In this document: positions 40,274-52,888 of the stretch, piece after piece
Numbering within the stretch: position 1 is the first letter of the stretch
Layout: the number at the start of each line of letters is the position of its first letter
Origin: Massalongia carnosa
Lineage: Eukaryota
DNA: 64,000 nucleotides
Direction: 5' to 3'
NCBI GenBank assembly: GCA_965645245.1
Contig: OZ287068.1
Span: forward strand, 2,170,001-2,234,000
The notes under the pieces: generated by a model
Seen by the model: the letters and a program-made list of their open reading frames with translations, nothing else
What the model was told of the DNA's origin: nothing
Database searches by the model: none
Made by a program: the position numbers and the translations under genes

Positions 40274-42201
40274 ATCGTGCCATACCACCAGTAATCGTTT
40301 TCGCTTACTAGTGCCCAACTCCAAAACGGTTCAAAGACCAAATTAACCATTTATTTCATCCTTCACCAAACGCGTGCCTACTCATGTCTGATTCGTTCTG
40401 GGACTCTGAAAATCGTCTTGATGAGGCCATCAGCGCGTATAACAGTGGTGATTATTCTAGTGCCAGCGCTGTCGCTCGAAAATTTCACGTCGATTCGAGG
40501 ACACTTCGTCGAAGGCTCAATGGAGGGGCTTCGAAATCAACTCGTTCACCAAGCAACAAAGCACTTACAGATGCACAAGAAAAAGCTATTTGTGCTTATA
40601 TTGAGCGATTGGATCATATGGAACAATCAGCTAAGCTCTCGATGGTTCGTGGAGCTGCTAATTACCTGCTCGGTCGAGCATTAGTTGGACAAATTGATCG
40701 TGATCAAACCGACACTCCACCTCCTACCGTAAGCGCCATGTGGACCAGACGATTTTTAAAATGTCATCCGGAGTACTTCAAACGTAAAAAAAAACCCCTC
40801 GCTGTTGAGCGTAAACATTCACACGATTCGGAGAGTATGATAAAGCATTTTGAGCAGTACAAGCTCCTTCGAGAATTGAGGGGAATCGTGGACGAGGACA
40901 CCTGGAACATGGATGAAACGGGCTTTCGAATTGGCTGTGGAAAAGCTCATTGGGTAATTTCGACTCATTCTCATAAGCCTCTTTTGATGAAGGATCCAGA
41001 CAACAGAGACTACATTACCTCGGTGGAGAGTAGTAGTGGTGGAGGAAGGGATATTCCCCCCATGATCATACTTCCTGGCGTACAAATCAAAGAGAAATGG
41101 GCCCTGGAAAATGATTTGGATGATGACATTCTTTTCGCCGTCAGTTCAACTGGTTATTCGAATGATGATCTCGCTATTGATTGGTTGAAACATTTTGATA
41201 AACATAGTGCAAAAGGGCAAATTGGTGCATGGAGGTTGTTGATTTTGGACGGATATGGATCTCATATGACGTATGAATTTTTCGAGTATGCACAGAGCAA
41301 GCACATCGAATTGTTCAGATTACCTGCTCATTCCACTCATTTGACCCAACCACTGGACGTTGGATGGTTTCAGCCTTTTAAACACTATCATGCTGAGGCC
41401 ATTGATAAGGCTATTCGTGCCGGAGGAGGGGAGTTCAACAAGATCGACTTTTTGTCGATTTTTCAGGATATGCGCCTCAAAACATTCACCAAATCGACGA
41501 TTTTAGCTGCATTCAGAAACACAGGACTAGTGCCTTATAATCCGAATGTGGTCATCTCGAAAATCGAGGCGCAAAGTCGTCAAAGGCCGACTACCCCTCC
41601 ACCCCCACCATCGGCCCCATTATTGGCCAGAACATCTCGCACTTCCACTGAGGTCATCATCTTTGGCACTAAACTTCAAAGAAGCATGCAGACAAATGAT
41701 GCTATCGACGGAAATTATAGGTTGCGTGTCGATCGCTTTTTCAAAGGTGCTATGGCTAGCGCTCATGCTCAGCAATTGGCTGAAAGAGACTTATTGACCT
41801 CAGCCAGAGCCTCAATTGCTAAGGCAGCGCGTAAAAAGCTTGCTGGAACTGTTGCTCAGTCAGGTGGGGTCATCACCGTTCGAGATGTACGTGCTAAAAT
41901 CACCAAACGACATAAAAATAAGGTAGAAAAGGCACAGAAGGTCTTGCACCGAGCTAAAGCGGCCGCATTGAAAAAGCAACAGGTCATCGACAACGCCGAA
42001 AAGAAGCTCTGGAAAGTACTGTTTCGTGAGGCCAATATCTTCCTCCGAGCATGTAAAAAATGGGAGGTTGAAAGGACCAAATGGTGGGAAGGTTTTTCGT
42101 AGTCAATTGAACATGCTAGTTAATTTGGTCTTTGAACCGTTTTGGACTTTGAGCCGTTGGGCACTAGTAAGCGAAAACGATTACTGGTGGTATGGCACGA
42201 T
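40274..42201 (+). mobile_element. Second pogo/Fot1-type transposon, nested in the copia leader
   Basis: 46-bp perfect TIR (atcgtgccataccacc...gcccaac) that extends about 28 bp further after a 9-bp indel; TA at 40272-40273 and 42202-42203. Confidence 0.95.
40384..42102 (+). CDS. pogo/Fot1 DD35D transposase, 572 aa, intact
   Basis: Motifs WNMDETGF, DGYGSH and HLTQPLDV; clearly homologous to but divergent from 4492-6135. Confidence 0.95.
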   Translation: MSDSFWDSENRLDEAISAYNSGDYSSASAVARKFHVDSRTLRRRLNGGASKSTRSPSNKALTDAQEKAICAYIERLDHMEQSAKLSMVRGAANYLLGRALVGQIDRDQTDTPPPTVSAMWTRRFLKCHPEYFKRKKKPLAVERKHSHDSESMIKHFEQYKLLRELRGIVDEDTWNMDETGFRIGCGKAHWVISTHSHKPLLMKDPDNRDYITSVESSSGGGRDIPPMIILPGVQIKEKWALENDLDDDILFAVSSTGYSNDDLAIDWLKHFDKHSAKGQIGAWRLLILDGYGSHMTYEFFEYAQSKHIELFRLPAHSTHLTQPLDVGWFQPFKHYHAEAIDKAIRAGGGEFNKIDFLSIFQDMRLKTFTKSTILAAFRNTGLVPYNPNVVISKIEAQSRQRPTTPPPPPSAPLLARTSRTSTEVIIFGTKLQRSMQTNDAIDGNYRLRVDRFFKGAMASAHAQQLAERDLLTSARASIAKAARKKLAGTVAQSGGVITVRDVRAKITKRHKNKVEKAQKVLHRAKAAALKKQQVIDNAEKKLWKVLFREANIFLRACKKWEVERTKWWEGFS

Positions 42202-42569
42202 TAGTAAACTCATTGATCGAAGGCACAAAGACCTTTCTTTTTGGCAATTATGCCTCATTAAGGCACTAGCTGAGATTGTGCGGCAGTTGCCTCTTATTAT
42301 TTAATCGGCCCAAGGCCGGTTAAATCAAATTGGATGCGCTCAATTTCCTTTTGGTCAATTGGACCCTTGAAAAAGCCTAAGTTGAAATTCTCATCATGGC
42401 AAACAAGCATGTTAAGCAAACAGGTTTCTCTGTTGAGACATCAGAGTGGACACTGGCTAAGGAGGGACAGTCTTTTCCTTGTTTATAAGAAAGGTCACAT
42501 ATCCACATTCTTTCAGTCACTACTTATACAAGTTTCTCGCATTGTTCAATTGCTCCCCATTCTCCCATT

Positions 42570-45500
42570 ATGTCTATTATAGATACGTCACATCTTTTGG
42601 AGAAGGCCGAAAGATACTCGGCATGGGCAAGCTATACGAAGGGCATTCTGCTCAAGAATAACTGCGAAGGAGCCATTCCTGGGAATCAATCAAGAATCAC
42701 CGCTGAAACCATCAAGGGAGGTTTAATACAAGCAGGCTTCGATGCCAAAGGTCTTTCTGTCAGCAACTTGGTAAAAGAACTGCGTGACGAGAGGAATAGA
42801 CAGAGATGATCAAGGCTATAGGAATCATTCACGGATTAGTTGCGGAATGCCATTACAGCCTCATCGACAACAAGAATGCGGCAGAATTGTGGAAAATCCT
42901 GAAGGATAGATTCCAAGATATAGCACCAATGAGCATCAGCGACATCATTCTGAAGGTTAGTTCTAAGAAGATGACTGACTTCGAGACCACCAGTCTATAC
43001 TGTGCAGAGTACGAGAGCGCTTTAAACAAAATTAGAGGAATGCTGGACGACAAGGCCAAAGTGGATGTGCATACCGTGGAGTTCATACTTCAGGGAATGA
43101 TGCTGGGTAACACCACAGAAGTCTATCCCCCATTGATAGCCCAACTTCGACGAGATTGGACACACGAAACCACAAACCTGTCGGAAGCAATGAAGACCAT
43201 TGTTGCTTATTCTGTCAACATGAAAAACACCAAGGCACTTCATATCAGTACACCTGACTCGAGAGGTCGAGCCCCATTTGGGACCTGCACCTTCTCTGAA
43301 TGTGTCGAGAGAAAGAACACTCGTCATTGGCCAGATAACTGTTGGCAGAAGTTTCCACAGCTAAAAAGACATAGAAGTTCGCTCGAATCCGGAAGAGCAA
43401 AGAAACAAAAGACTAACTCGTCAGAAACGAAGGCGGACTTACCTCATACATCACCCAAAATTCCTACGGTGAGTAGTTGACTCACACAGGTCATGGCCAC
43501 AAGGCTGCAAAAAGTCATGACCATGACGAATCTGAACAAGAACTCGTGGTTATTGGACAGTGCTGCAGATATGCACGTATGCAACCACAGATACTCGTTC
43601 ACTGAATATACGAGCTACTCCACTGATCTAGCAGGGTCAACGTCCACAGGAACGTCGCCAGGAAGAGGAACCATTCATAAGACATTGATCTTGGAGGATG
43701 GCTTACCCTCGTCGATACTGATTCTTAACAATGTTCTCTACATTCCTCAATGTCCGGTGAACCTTGTGAGTTTGGGAATGCTGAATCAACACGATATCTT
43801 CTATGACAATTCAAACTGGAGACTGTTCATGGGATCCACTGCAAAAGTCATAGGGCACGTACCGAGAGTTGACAACAACTTCATGCTACAGACCATTGAC
43901 ACCCCAGATATGAGGATGCATTTGAGCAAAGTGGACGAGGACACCTATCAAGGACTGGACGTCACTATCTGTCAAATATCTGTCAAATCAAAACTCACTA
44001 CATGGCATGCAAGGCTTGGTCATCTCAACATTGCGACGTGTCGAAAATATCTGAAAACGCTAGACATAACGTACGATGACGATATCAACCATCCGGTTGG
44101 TTTTGCCATGCATGCGAAATGGGAAAAGCCACTTTCAAAAGATAAACTCTGACCTAGTGGGACCAATCAAGCCAGCAGGACTTCTTGAAGAACTTTACTT
44201 CTTCACTTTCACCTGTGATGCTAGCAGATACACTCATGTCTATACCGGACACAAGAAGAGTGAATGGTTTGATCACTTGTTGACGTACTACAGCATGGCC
44301 CAAAACAAATCTGGAAAGGCTAAACCCATAAGTAGTTTTCGAACTGACTTCGGTATGGAGCTTCGCAGTCACAAGTCAGACGTTTGGTTCCTGGAACAAG
44401 GCATAACGTTTGAACCAGCTGCTCCATACTCTCAAGAGGAAAACGGAGCCGCGGAACGAATGGGCAGAACCATCATGGACATGACAAGATGCAGTGTCAT
44501 TGCCGGAGACATTCCCGACTACTTGTGGGCAGAAGTAGTTCTAGCCATGGTTCACACCAAGAACGTCAGACCAACCAACGCCTTGGCAGGTAAAACCCCG
44601 TATGAGATTTCGAGAATAAATCACCTAAACTGGATCACCTGAGAATTCTCGGATCCACAGTCTATGCGTTGATTCACGAAGAGCGAAAAGGAATAAGCAG
44701 CAAGGCTGCTAAATTTTCTCCGAGGGCTCAGAAAGGAATCCTGTGTGGATATGACGGAAGCACCATCTATCGCGTCTTTATAGAAAAAGACTACAAGGTC
44801 ATCAGGGTCAAAGACTTACGAATTCATGAAGACGCCATATTCAAAGATGGGACCGATCTACCCACGTACGACTCCATAATGATTCAAAATGAGAAAGATA
44901 CCACACTCGAAATCAGTCTCACTCCTTCAAAAAATCAACCAGAGTTGAATTCGAAGATAAGTGAAATCCCTAAACGTGGACGAGGTAGACCTAGAAAACA
45001 CGCCCATGTCGCACAAGTGCTGAGTCTCCTGTCAAATGAGGCATTAAGTGAACCAGAACACATCCCCACACTGGCAGATAGAGGCGAAGAAGACCCACTC
45101 ATACTTCTGGCCAAAGAACTGGAAATAGAGGGAGCAGCATACCTGAACGACTACGATGCGTTCATTCAGTCAGATATAGCTGAGCCACAAACATATCATC
45201 AAGCAATGAACTCCAAATACGCAAACGAATGGAGTCTGGCAATGGATGAGGAGATCAAAAGTCTGCTGGAGAATAACACCTGGGATACATCACCCACCGA
45301 GTCCCTGGAACCCGGACATATAGTCCCAAGTGGCAAATGGGTATTCAAGCTGAAACGGGACGTAAATGGAAAGATCGTTCGCTTTAAAGCCAGATGGGTT
45401 GTCAAAGGATATCTACAACAATACGGAGTAGATTTTGATCAAACCTTTGCATCTGTGGTCAAACCAATGGCTTTTCGCTTGCTATTCGCGTTAGCTGCCC

Positions 45501-46768
45501 ATCACGATCTGGACATCGAGCAACTGGATAGAGTGACAGCTTTTCTGAACGGTCTCATCGATCAACTCATCTATGTCCACATGCCGAAAGGATATGACAC
45601 AGCTGGCATGGTGTGCAGGCTGAATAAAGCCCTGTACGGTTTGGAACAGTCTCCGCGTCTCTGGTATGAACGACTATCAGCTTTTCTATTGAGCAAATTA
45701 GGACTGGAGAAACTCCACGCAGATCATAGCATCTTCGTCACACCTCAAGGGATAAAAGGACCCATTGATACCTCTTTCGTTGACGATTTGAACATCATAG
45801 GCCCAAAGGGTTCCCCGATGATCACCGAAGTCAAGAAACAGCTCAAGCTACCTTTCAAGATGGTAGACATGGGACCAATCAGCTACTATTTAGGCCTCAA
45901 AGTCGAACGAGATCGAGTCAACAAAACCATAAAGCTATCTCAACCAGCCTATATCGAGAAGTATTGGAAAGATTCCATATGCAAACCGCAAAGAAAACAA
46001 ACACTCCCATGCGAAAAGGCTGTCTCTTCATCAATGAATCTCAGGCCTCCGACTAGGACATAAAGCAATATCAAACCATGGTTGGATCCATCATGTTCGC
46101 AATGATAGAAACCAGGCCAGACATAGCTTTCGCAACATCCGTAGTCAGTCGCCATGCAAAGAATCCAGGCAAAACACATATGGAAGCGGCCAAACACATT
46201 CTCAGATACCTTAGCGGTACCAAGAATAGAGGCATCACCTTCGGTGGGGGAGATTATTTATACAAGGATATTCTGACTTTGACTGGGCCGGAGACAAAGA
46301 GCAGCGAAAATCCACCTCGGTTTATGTGTTCATGCTGAAAAATGGACCAATAAGTGGTGTTCCAAAAGACAAACGACCGTCGCATTGTCATCAACCGAAG
46401 CAGAGTATATGGCACTCAACTTAGCAGCAAAGGAGGCTACATGGCTACGTTTACTGATGACTGAACTCGGATTGATGACTTCTGATGACGGATCCCCGAC
46501 AATAAACGTGTTAAGAGGAGAAGGCACAATTGCATTGTAAGGCGACAATCAAAGCGCCATAGCACTGGCCAATAACCCCGTATTACACTCCAGGACCAAG
46601 CATATCGACATTCAGCACCACTTCATACGAAACGAGGTGCTAGAAGGAAGAATCGACTTCACCTATGTTCCGACCGAAGACATGTTTGCAGATGGACTGA
46701 CAAAACCCCTTACGCACGTCAAGTTCTTCTCCTTTATCAGACAGCTCAACATGGACAAACAGACATGA
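42570..46768 (+). pseudogene. copia gag-pol broken by several frameshifts and stops
   Basis: gag (AAELWKILKDRF; CTFSEC..H...CW), protease WLLDSAA, GAG-pre-integrase WHARLGH, integrase RTDFG..E / ENGAAER, RT FKARWVVKGY / LNKALYGL / FVDD, RNase H SSTEAEY / TKHIDIQHHF / ADGLTKPL. Confidence 0.92.
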
Positions 46769-46836
46769 GAGGTTAAGAAGTTCAATCACGGTTGAATCTA
46801 GGATGGAAACAAGTACTGGTAGGACTTGAGGGGGGG

Positions 46837-47117
46837 TGTTGAATATCCAATTCCTACTAGCACAATGAACACCTATCAGTTCAATGAACATAGCACCTAC
46901 GGCTGCCCTAGATTGACAGGTCATCTACGGAAACCGTAGATGCCGCATTAGGCTTAGTCCCAAGATAAGATAAGATTACCTCGCTTAGAATGGGGTAACC
47001 AGGTGCCAGTAATAGGAAAAGATTGCTGCATAGCAACTCTTTATCCTTAACATCACGGTCATAAATACCTTTATTATTACATAGCCATATAGCCATAGTC
47101 ATATACCTATTTCAACA
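46837..47117 (+). repeat. 3' LTR (281 bp)
   Basis: Follows the PPT; ends tttcaaca before the TSD. Confidence 0.95.
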
Positions 47118-48532
47118 GCTCCATAAGCTTCCCGATGGTTAGCGCAGATCAAGGCTCGAACAGCCACGTCGCTATCTATGCTTAGCTCGAAAAAAGAACC
47201 CCCCTTAGTTTCGACTCACCGTAATATGACTCTTGCCAAGCTAGAGTAAACGTAGCAGCCTCATGTAGTTACTGCGTCGAGCGTAATCCCAACCCTACTA
47301 TAATCGTGTTAAGAATCTAGTAATTATACGAAGTATCTCGCGTACGTGTTAATTAGATTTTGTTGACCAAATAAGTTTAGCATTCTTGATTCTATTGCGG
47401 GGGAGGGGCTACCCCTATTAAGTAAGGGGCTCTCTGTCCAGCTAGGAGAAAACTCCGAGATAATGTTAAGAAAACATCAGCAGAAGAAAAACCTTTACAA
47501 TACAATCCTCTTCTCAAACGATAACCATTTCCCACATATGTCCTACGCCTCGCTCAAACTAAAATTCCAATTGAGGACATTTAAAATTCCCGTTCGCGGT
47601 TATCACACTTTCGCTGCTAACGTTAACGTTATAGACTACCAATTGATATCCATCGATACTCGTAAATCGAATAACGACATTCGTCGTCCTAAAAGCACTC
47701 GAATTTACCAAAAAAACTGTACGGTTACCGCTGCGTCAACTGCCAGGTATTCCTGCCATTGATGCTGACCTCTAGACTCCAAATGGATTTACTGAAGTTC
47801 ACAACCTGCATACAGAAATAATATGCGGAGACATCGTCTTTTTTATGGAGCTAAAGCGGCGATGTTATCGTACAATCGATGGAATTTCATTGAACGTTGA
47901 TAATCCCCGTGTTGGGATCTGCGAGCCGTGCGAATACATCAGGGAAAAGGTGAAGTGATTCGTTCCGCAGCCGGGGCATTCGTCGATGACCTAAATACAT
48001 TACTAAAATGATCTTCTCAAAACTAACCACCACTGTTCTTACCATGGCAATGACTGAGTTCCCGCCTGGCCCCTGGACCGAGATACATGCACCGCAAGCG
48101 CCCGAGTTCGATCAATTCGTGTCTGAGATGGCCATACTATAGACCCCTGACAGAAATGTTTAGGTAGAAGATGAACATGCACCGCCTTGAACGTTTCCGC
48201 CGTAGTAGGTGGCTTTGCCAAACAAGCTTTGGGGAGATATGGGCGAGGTTGGCACGGCTAGGGATGCGGCTGTAGATATCAAGGAAATCGATGCCAATGA
48301 AAAATTATGCTGATTGCGGACATTTTGGCTTCTGGGTCCATTTGTTGAATCGATGCTAACAAGAGCAAAAAACCATGCGCGAAGAGCAAAATGAGAGTTT
48401 CCTAGCTCACCGCCACGCCAGACCTATGAAAATATTGATTCACTTGGTAGGTATAATAGCATGATTGTCATTGAAGGTAATTATCTATGTGGGCTATCTA
48501 CCTGCTTTTATAGCAGTCACATAACAGTGATG

Positions 48533-48625
48533 CTGTAGGCCTCCCATAGCTGCCTGTTAGGCACCTCCATAACTGCCTATTAGGCACCTCCATATAGATG
48601 CCTGGCAGGCACCCGTGGGACTCAC
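48533..48625. repeat. Degenerate ~23-bp tandem repeat, 3-4 copies
   Basis: ctgcctgttaggcacctccata / ctgcctattaggcacctccata / atgcctggcaggcacc. Confidence 0.6.
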
Positions 48626-49646
48626 GATGGATGCCTGTATTGATAGTAGCCTAACCATCTAACCGATGGTAGCCTCACCATTTAACAAGACCCGTATGCA
48701 CTCTTCTGTTAGATGCATCGCTTACGAAGCTTTGCAAAAACTTGTACAGCTAATCGGAGACGCTTCAAACTAACAGAGAGTAGAGACTAGAGAACTAAGT
48801 GCTGCAGCTCAACACTAGAATAGCATGAGCTTGGCATCAGCGGACAGCCAAGCTTGAGCGCATTGAAAACATCCCATATCAAATTGCAAGGAAAAGATGA
48901 GCCGGACGTATCAAAGACGTTACATGACATTTCGAGATAGTTCATTCAACACACTCTCAAGTATCGTTGAGGTTCTAGGAATGCCTTCAAAAACCCCATG
49001 ACGTTAGCAGCGTGCGCACAAATGCGGGATCCTCCCGCAGATACGATGAACATATGGCTAGTAAGCTTATCCTTAAGTTAACTTATACCTCAGTCAAGAT
49101 GACTTCTGCTACTCTGTACACCGCTGGTAACCACAGCGGAATTTCCCTTCCTCGCTCAAGCTTGGCATCATAAGAAGTGAAATCCATGGTTCCAGATTAT
49201 CAGCGACATACTCAAGACCTAATGGGCAACTTGGGCCGGCTTTTCGGTCGCAAGACAAAAGCCATAAGCATTCACCCGTATGCAATATTGTGTGCGAAAT
49301 AGCTAGGTGTTCTTGATGGCGTCGGTGATTCGCCAAGGTCATCAAGCCACCGCCCAAGAGTAGAAGATCCGAAGACAATGATGGGAGATATCTTGGCTCA
49401 AACTAACAGTTCTACCCCCAGTATATTCATGGCCGCTGCAAGCCCGCAGATAGTAAGATCTCGGCGAATTAGTCGTCAGCAGGTGCTGTGAAAGGGCAAC
49501 GAGAGAGTTCAAGAGAATGGTATATGTACGGCTCCACCCCCCGAAGAATGATACACCATAAGCATCAGAATCCAAAGAAAAAAACAAAACATCTTTTTTC
49601 AAGTCCTTCATTTGAAAACAACAGCAATCCCCACACCTATCCAACC

Positions 49647-50059
49647 ATGAAGTGCACAGCGCAAACCCTCACCCTGGCCCTTGCGGCACTAGTATCGCAG
49701 AGCTTCGCCATACCCGTAGCCCTCACTCCTAGTAATTATACAGAAAGCCTCCTTACGACAAGAGGCGTTGCCTACTACCACTCCAACCGAAACTACTGTG
49801 GCTGGAATCTTATCAACATTGGTACTTTCCCTCACCAATCTGAATACCCTTGACAATCCCCGAGCTAACTCACGGCCCAACTCCAGATAATTCATATCAT
49901 GAACGCATCTCTCGTGCCCTCTGCGCCCGTGGACTCTGCGACTACAACGACCCGGCATTGTGGAACTCCCTCTGGAGCTGTGGCGCAGATATCGGCTTCG
50001 TCAACATTTGCAGTGGCGCATTTAGCTGCGTTGGGGGGATTTCGGATTATTGCAAATAG
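49647..50059 (+). CDS. Small secreted Cys-rich effector-like protein, 115 aa; intron 49822-49886
   Basis: MKCTAQTLTLALAALVSQSFA signal, LLTTR pro-site, YCGWNLINI|DNSY...LWSC...IC...SCVGGISDYCK*; intron with a gctaac branch site and cag acceptor. Confidence 0.85.
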
Positions 50060-51232
50060 ATGCAGACGAAGTTTGTTCGAAAAGGGGCTCGGAGGTTGCG
50101 AGGATAGGAACGAGAGTGGCGGAGAATCATTGGGATCTTTTCTAGAATTAGGGTGGATCAGTTCGGCCTCTTTAAGTTGGGCATTTCATTTATTTGGGTT
50201 TTCAGGGCAGTAAACACGATGCGTAGTAGATGTTATTGATTATAATAGTTGAATGCGTATGCTGAATATCCAACTTCTTATCGACAGGTCAATAAGTAGA
50301 TTTGTCAATTTATTTGACCATAATTATCTTTAATATCAACATTGCAAATATGAAAACAAATCATTCGTGATTAAATCAACATCAGTTTGGTCACGAATAT
50401 AAAAAATATAAAAAAAAAAAAAAAAAACGATTATAACTCAATAAATCAAACAATAAATTATGCTTGAGACCAGTCCGGATTGTCTGATATCTTGTTAAAC
50501 TATCGTCATATTGGTCAACGACTTCAAAACATCAATACTTTTCTTGACTTGTGGTTCGAACATTGAGCCTCTGCACCTGTTCTAACTTTTGACGACCTGC
50601 AGCGAGTATGAGGTAGCGATTGGTCGGTTTACTTAAAATGAACGAGCTGTCCGAGATGGAATGAATTGTTTGGTTTCGCGGAGTCGGGGGTCTGCAAGTA
50701 TCGACAATCGACAGAGGCTTGAGAATGTGTGCAAGGGAGATTGCATCCTGTCTTCTGGAATATAGTATGAGCAGCGAAGAGGTTTGAGCTATGATTCAAC
50801 ATTGCGGGGGATAGCAGGAAAAAGGAGCTATTATGGGAGTCTTTGGCTATCCAACTCATGGAAGAGCTTGCACAATCATCCCGCATGCGGGGCATATATT
50901 ACCTAGTTGCCTTGAAGTGTTACATTCTCTCTTGTGGAGTCAAGGAACTGAAGATCATAAAGGTGAGAGAGACTGATGTAATTATGTTAAACGTAGGCAG
51001 TGTAAATAAATTCTTGGAAGGCAGGCTCACCTCGACGAGAATCAAGCTAGCTGTAGTCATACAAGAACAGGCGCTTACACCGTCAGACAAATCGATAAAA
51101 CCGCGAGTTGATAACTGTAGCTCTTTCGCTACGCTGGTAGACCGCAGTGGAGGAGAATCGGTTCCCCGATCAGCATCTCTTAAGCAGCCTTCCCTCAAGC
51201 CCATGTCATTAATCTTACCTATCTTAGAGTCC

Positions 51233-52029
51233 TCAGATGTCCTCCTCCTCCAGAACCACTCTATCATTACCAGCCTCGTCCAACAACTGGGTTTTCAATC
51301 CTTCCACTTCCTTTTCCATAGCCTCGATATCCTCCGACTGCGCTGCCGTTTCAAAATCAACGAGAAGAGCGCCATTGTTTGAAATCAAGAAGTTGTGCTT
51401 GTTTAAATCACCATGAAGAACTCCCAATCCGTGCAATCGTCTGACAATGAGTTCACAGGCAAGAAGGTCCGAGATGGACGCGTGGGAACCTTCAACATAT
51501 TCAATGAGGAATCCGATAACCCGTCCATCTTCAGTCAAGTATTCCAAGATCTCCGGCCCGATATTGTGACCGTCTATCCATGAATACGCCTGAATCTCTG
51601 CAGTGTAGTACTCGATCTTTCAGTGGAATCTTGCGAATTTGGCAATTAGTTGTTTCCCAATTTGAGGAGAAGATGCCATGTAAACGTTTGCCCTGAGCCT
51701 CTCTTCAATTTCAATGAATAGGTAGTCGTAGAACTTTGAATGCCATAGAGGATAATCAAAAATAGATTTTCCTTGAAGATCTCTGCGAAGAATGGCGTTA
51801 GACTTTCCGCTGTTTGCGAGATGCGGCCACAGTTTCAGTCGCCTGCGGGAAATGAAGGCAGCTTTTCTAGCAGGACTGGCGAGAAGCATAGGTCATCGAC
51901 TTCGTAGATTCCTCGATCGCTAATGATATACTTGAAGTGCTTCCTGTTAAGCAGCATTCTGTAATAGCTAAATGTTTTACCCTCGGGATCTACATCCTGA
52001 TTCAAGACCTCGATATTAGTAAGATACAT
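51233..52029 (-). pseudogene. Fungal protein-kinase-like (APH/RIO-like fold) pseudogene
   Basis: YYRML..KHFKY, AKFARFH*K, AYSWIDGHNIGP, GRVIGFLIE, LHGDLNKHNFL, LVDFE; TGA at 51835 and 51620 plus one frameshift. Confidence 0.75.
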
Positions 52030-52888
52030 GGCTATGACGGGCGTGATGCTTTTGATGAAGAATAAAGAAATTGCTCCAACAATAAGACTTGACTTTATAA
52101 TTCTAAAAAGATATTACTGCGGAACAAGAGCGTCAGGTTAAAAAAATCGAAAATTCGACAATACACCTAACTGAATAATTCGCCTGCTCCCGAAGAAAAG
52201 ACATCACCATACATGATCTTGGCGATGAAGGCGAGCGCCAGGACGAGGGCTGGACGAAGCTGGAAATAAGTACTTCATACTGTCTTGGCGTTATTTGCTT
52301 TTGCCACTATACCGAGGTTAATTGTCTTACCCGATATGACTTCACCTTACAACTGCATGGAACATTATCGCACGACAAGGTTCCCTGCACCAAAGCCATA
52401 ATAACCCGAAGTTGTAGGCTCGCGCAGCGAGCGCAGCGAGAAAAAAATTTATTTTGAAGCAATTTAAACCGTCAAATAGAGCATCCTTCAACGAGTAGAC
52501 CCGTGCCTGAATTGTCTGATTTGATGTGCTGTGAAGTGTAGGATCGCCGTGCAAGACCGACGCCCGGCTTGGCTCTGGTCGTTGCGAAAGTCGAACATTT
52601 GCGCTTCGCAATCGAACCACAAAGGGGTTTTGCTAGAATTTTGAAACTGGGTTTGCTGAAAAGAGCTTCTTCTGAACAGAAGAAGCATCTTAGCCCGAGT
52701 AGAATTAACGTAACGCTGGTGGCGCGATACGTGGTGCAGTTGCACGCCTCGTCACAAGATATCCCACCCAGTCACAGGAACGAGAAGGAGGTACTACGGG
52801 CACATTACGAGTGATCGCTTCTTAGTAGGAACGGTGGTATAGGCCTCCATGGCTAGTACTCGTAGAGAGAAAGAGAGGTACCATTGGC

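Larger units (their letters stand above)
39510..47117 (+). mobile_element. Full-length Ty1/copia LTR retrotransposon with a degenerate coding region
   Basis: TG..CA LTRs, GCTCC TSD (39505-39509, 47118-47122), PBS ggttatgagccc at 39758, PPT gaggggggg at 46828-46836, domain order gag-PR-IN-RT-RH. Confidence 0.96.

Noticed and set aside
47185..47310. tRNA, 5S or other Pol III-like RNA on the - strand ending in a T-run
   Set aside because: No cloverleaf or recognisable 5S/U6 motifs could be built; a covariance-model search would be needed
50401..50427. Poly(A) tract as a retroposon tail
   Set aside because: No TSD or upstream element body identified
51233..52029. Premature stops restored by A-to-I RNA editing
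   Set aside because: A frameshift near 51760 is also present, so editing alone could not restore the protein
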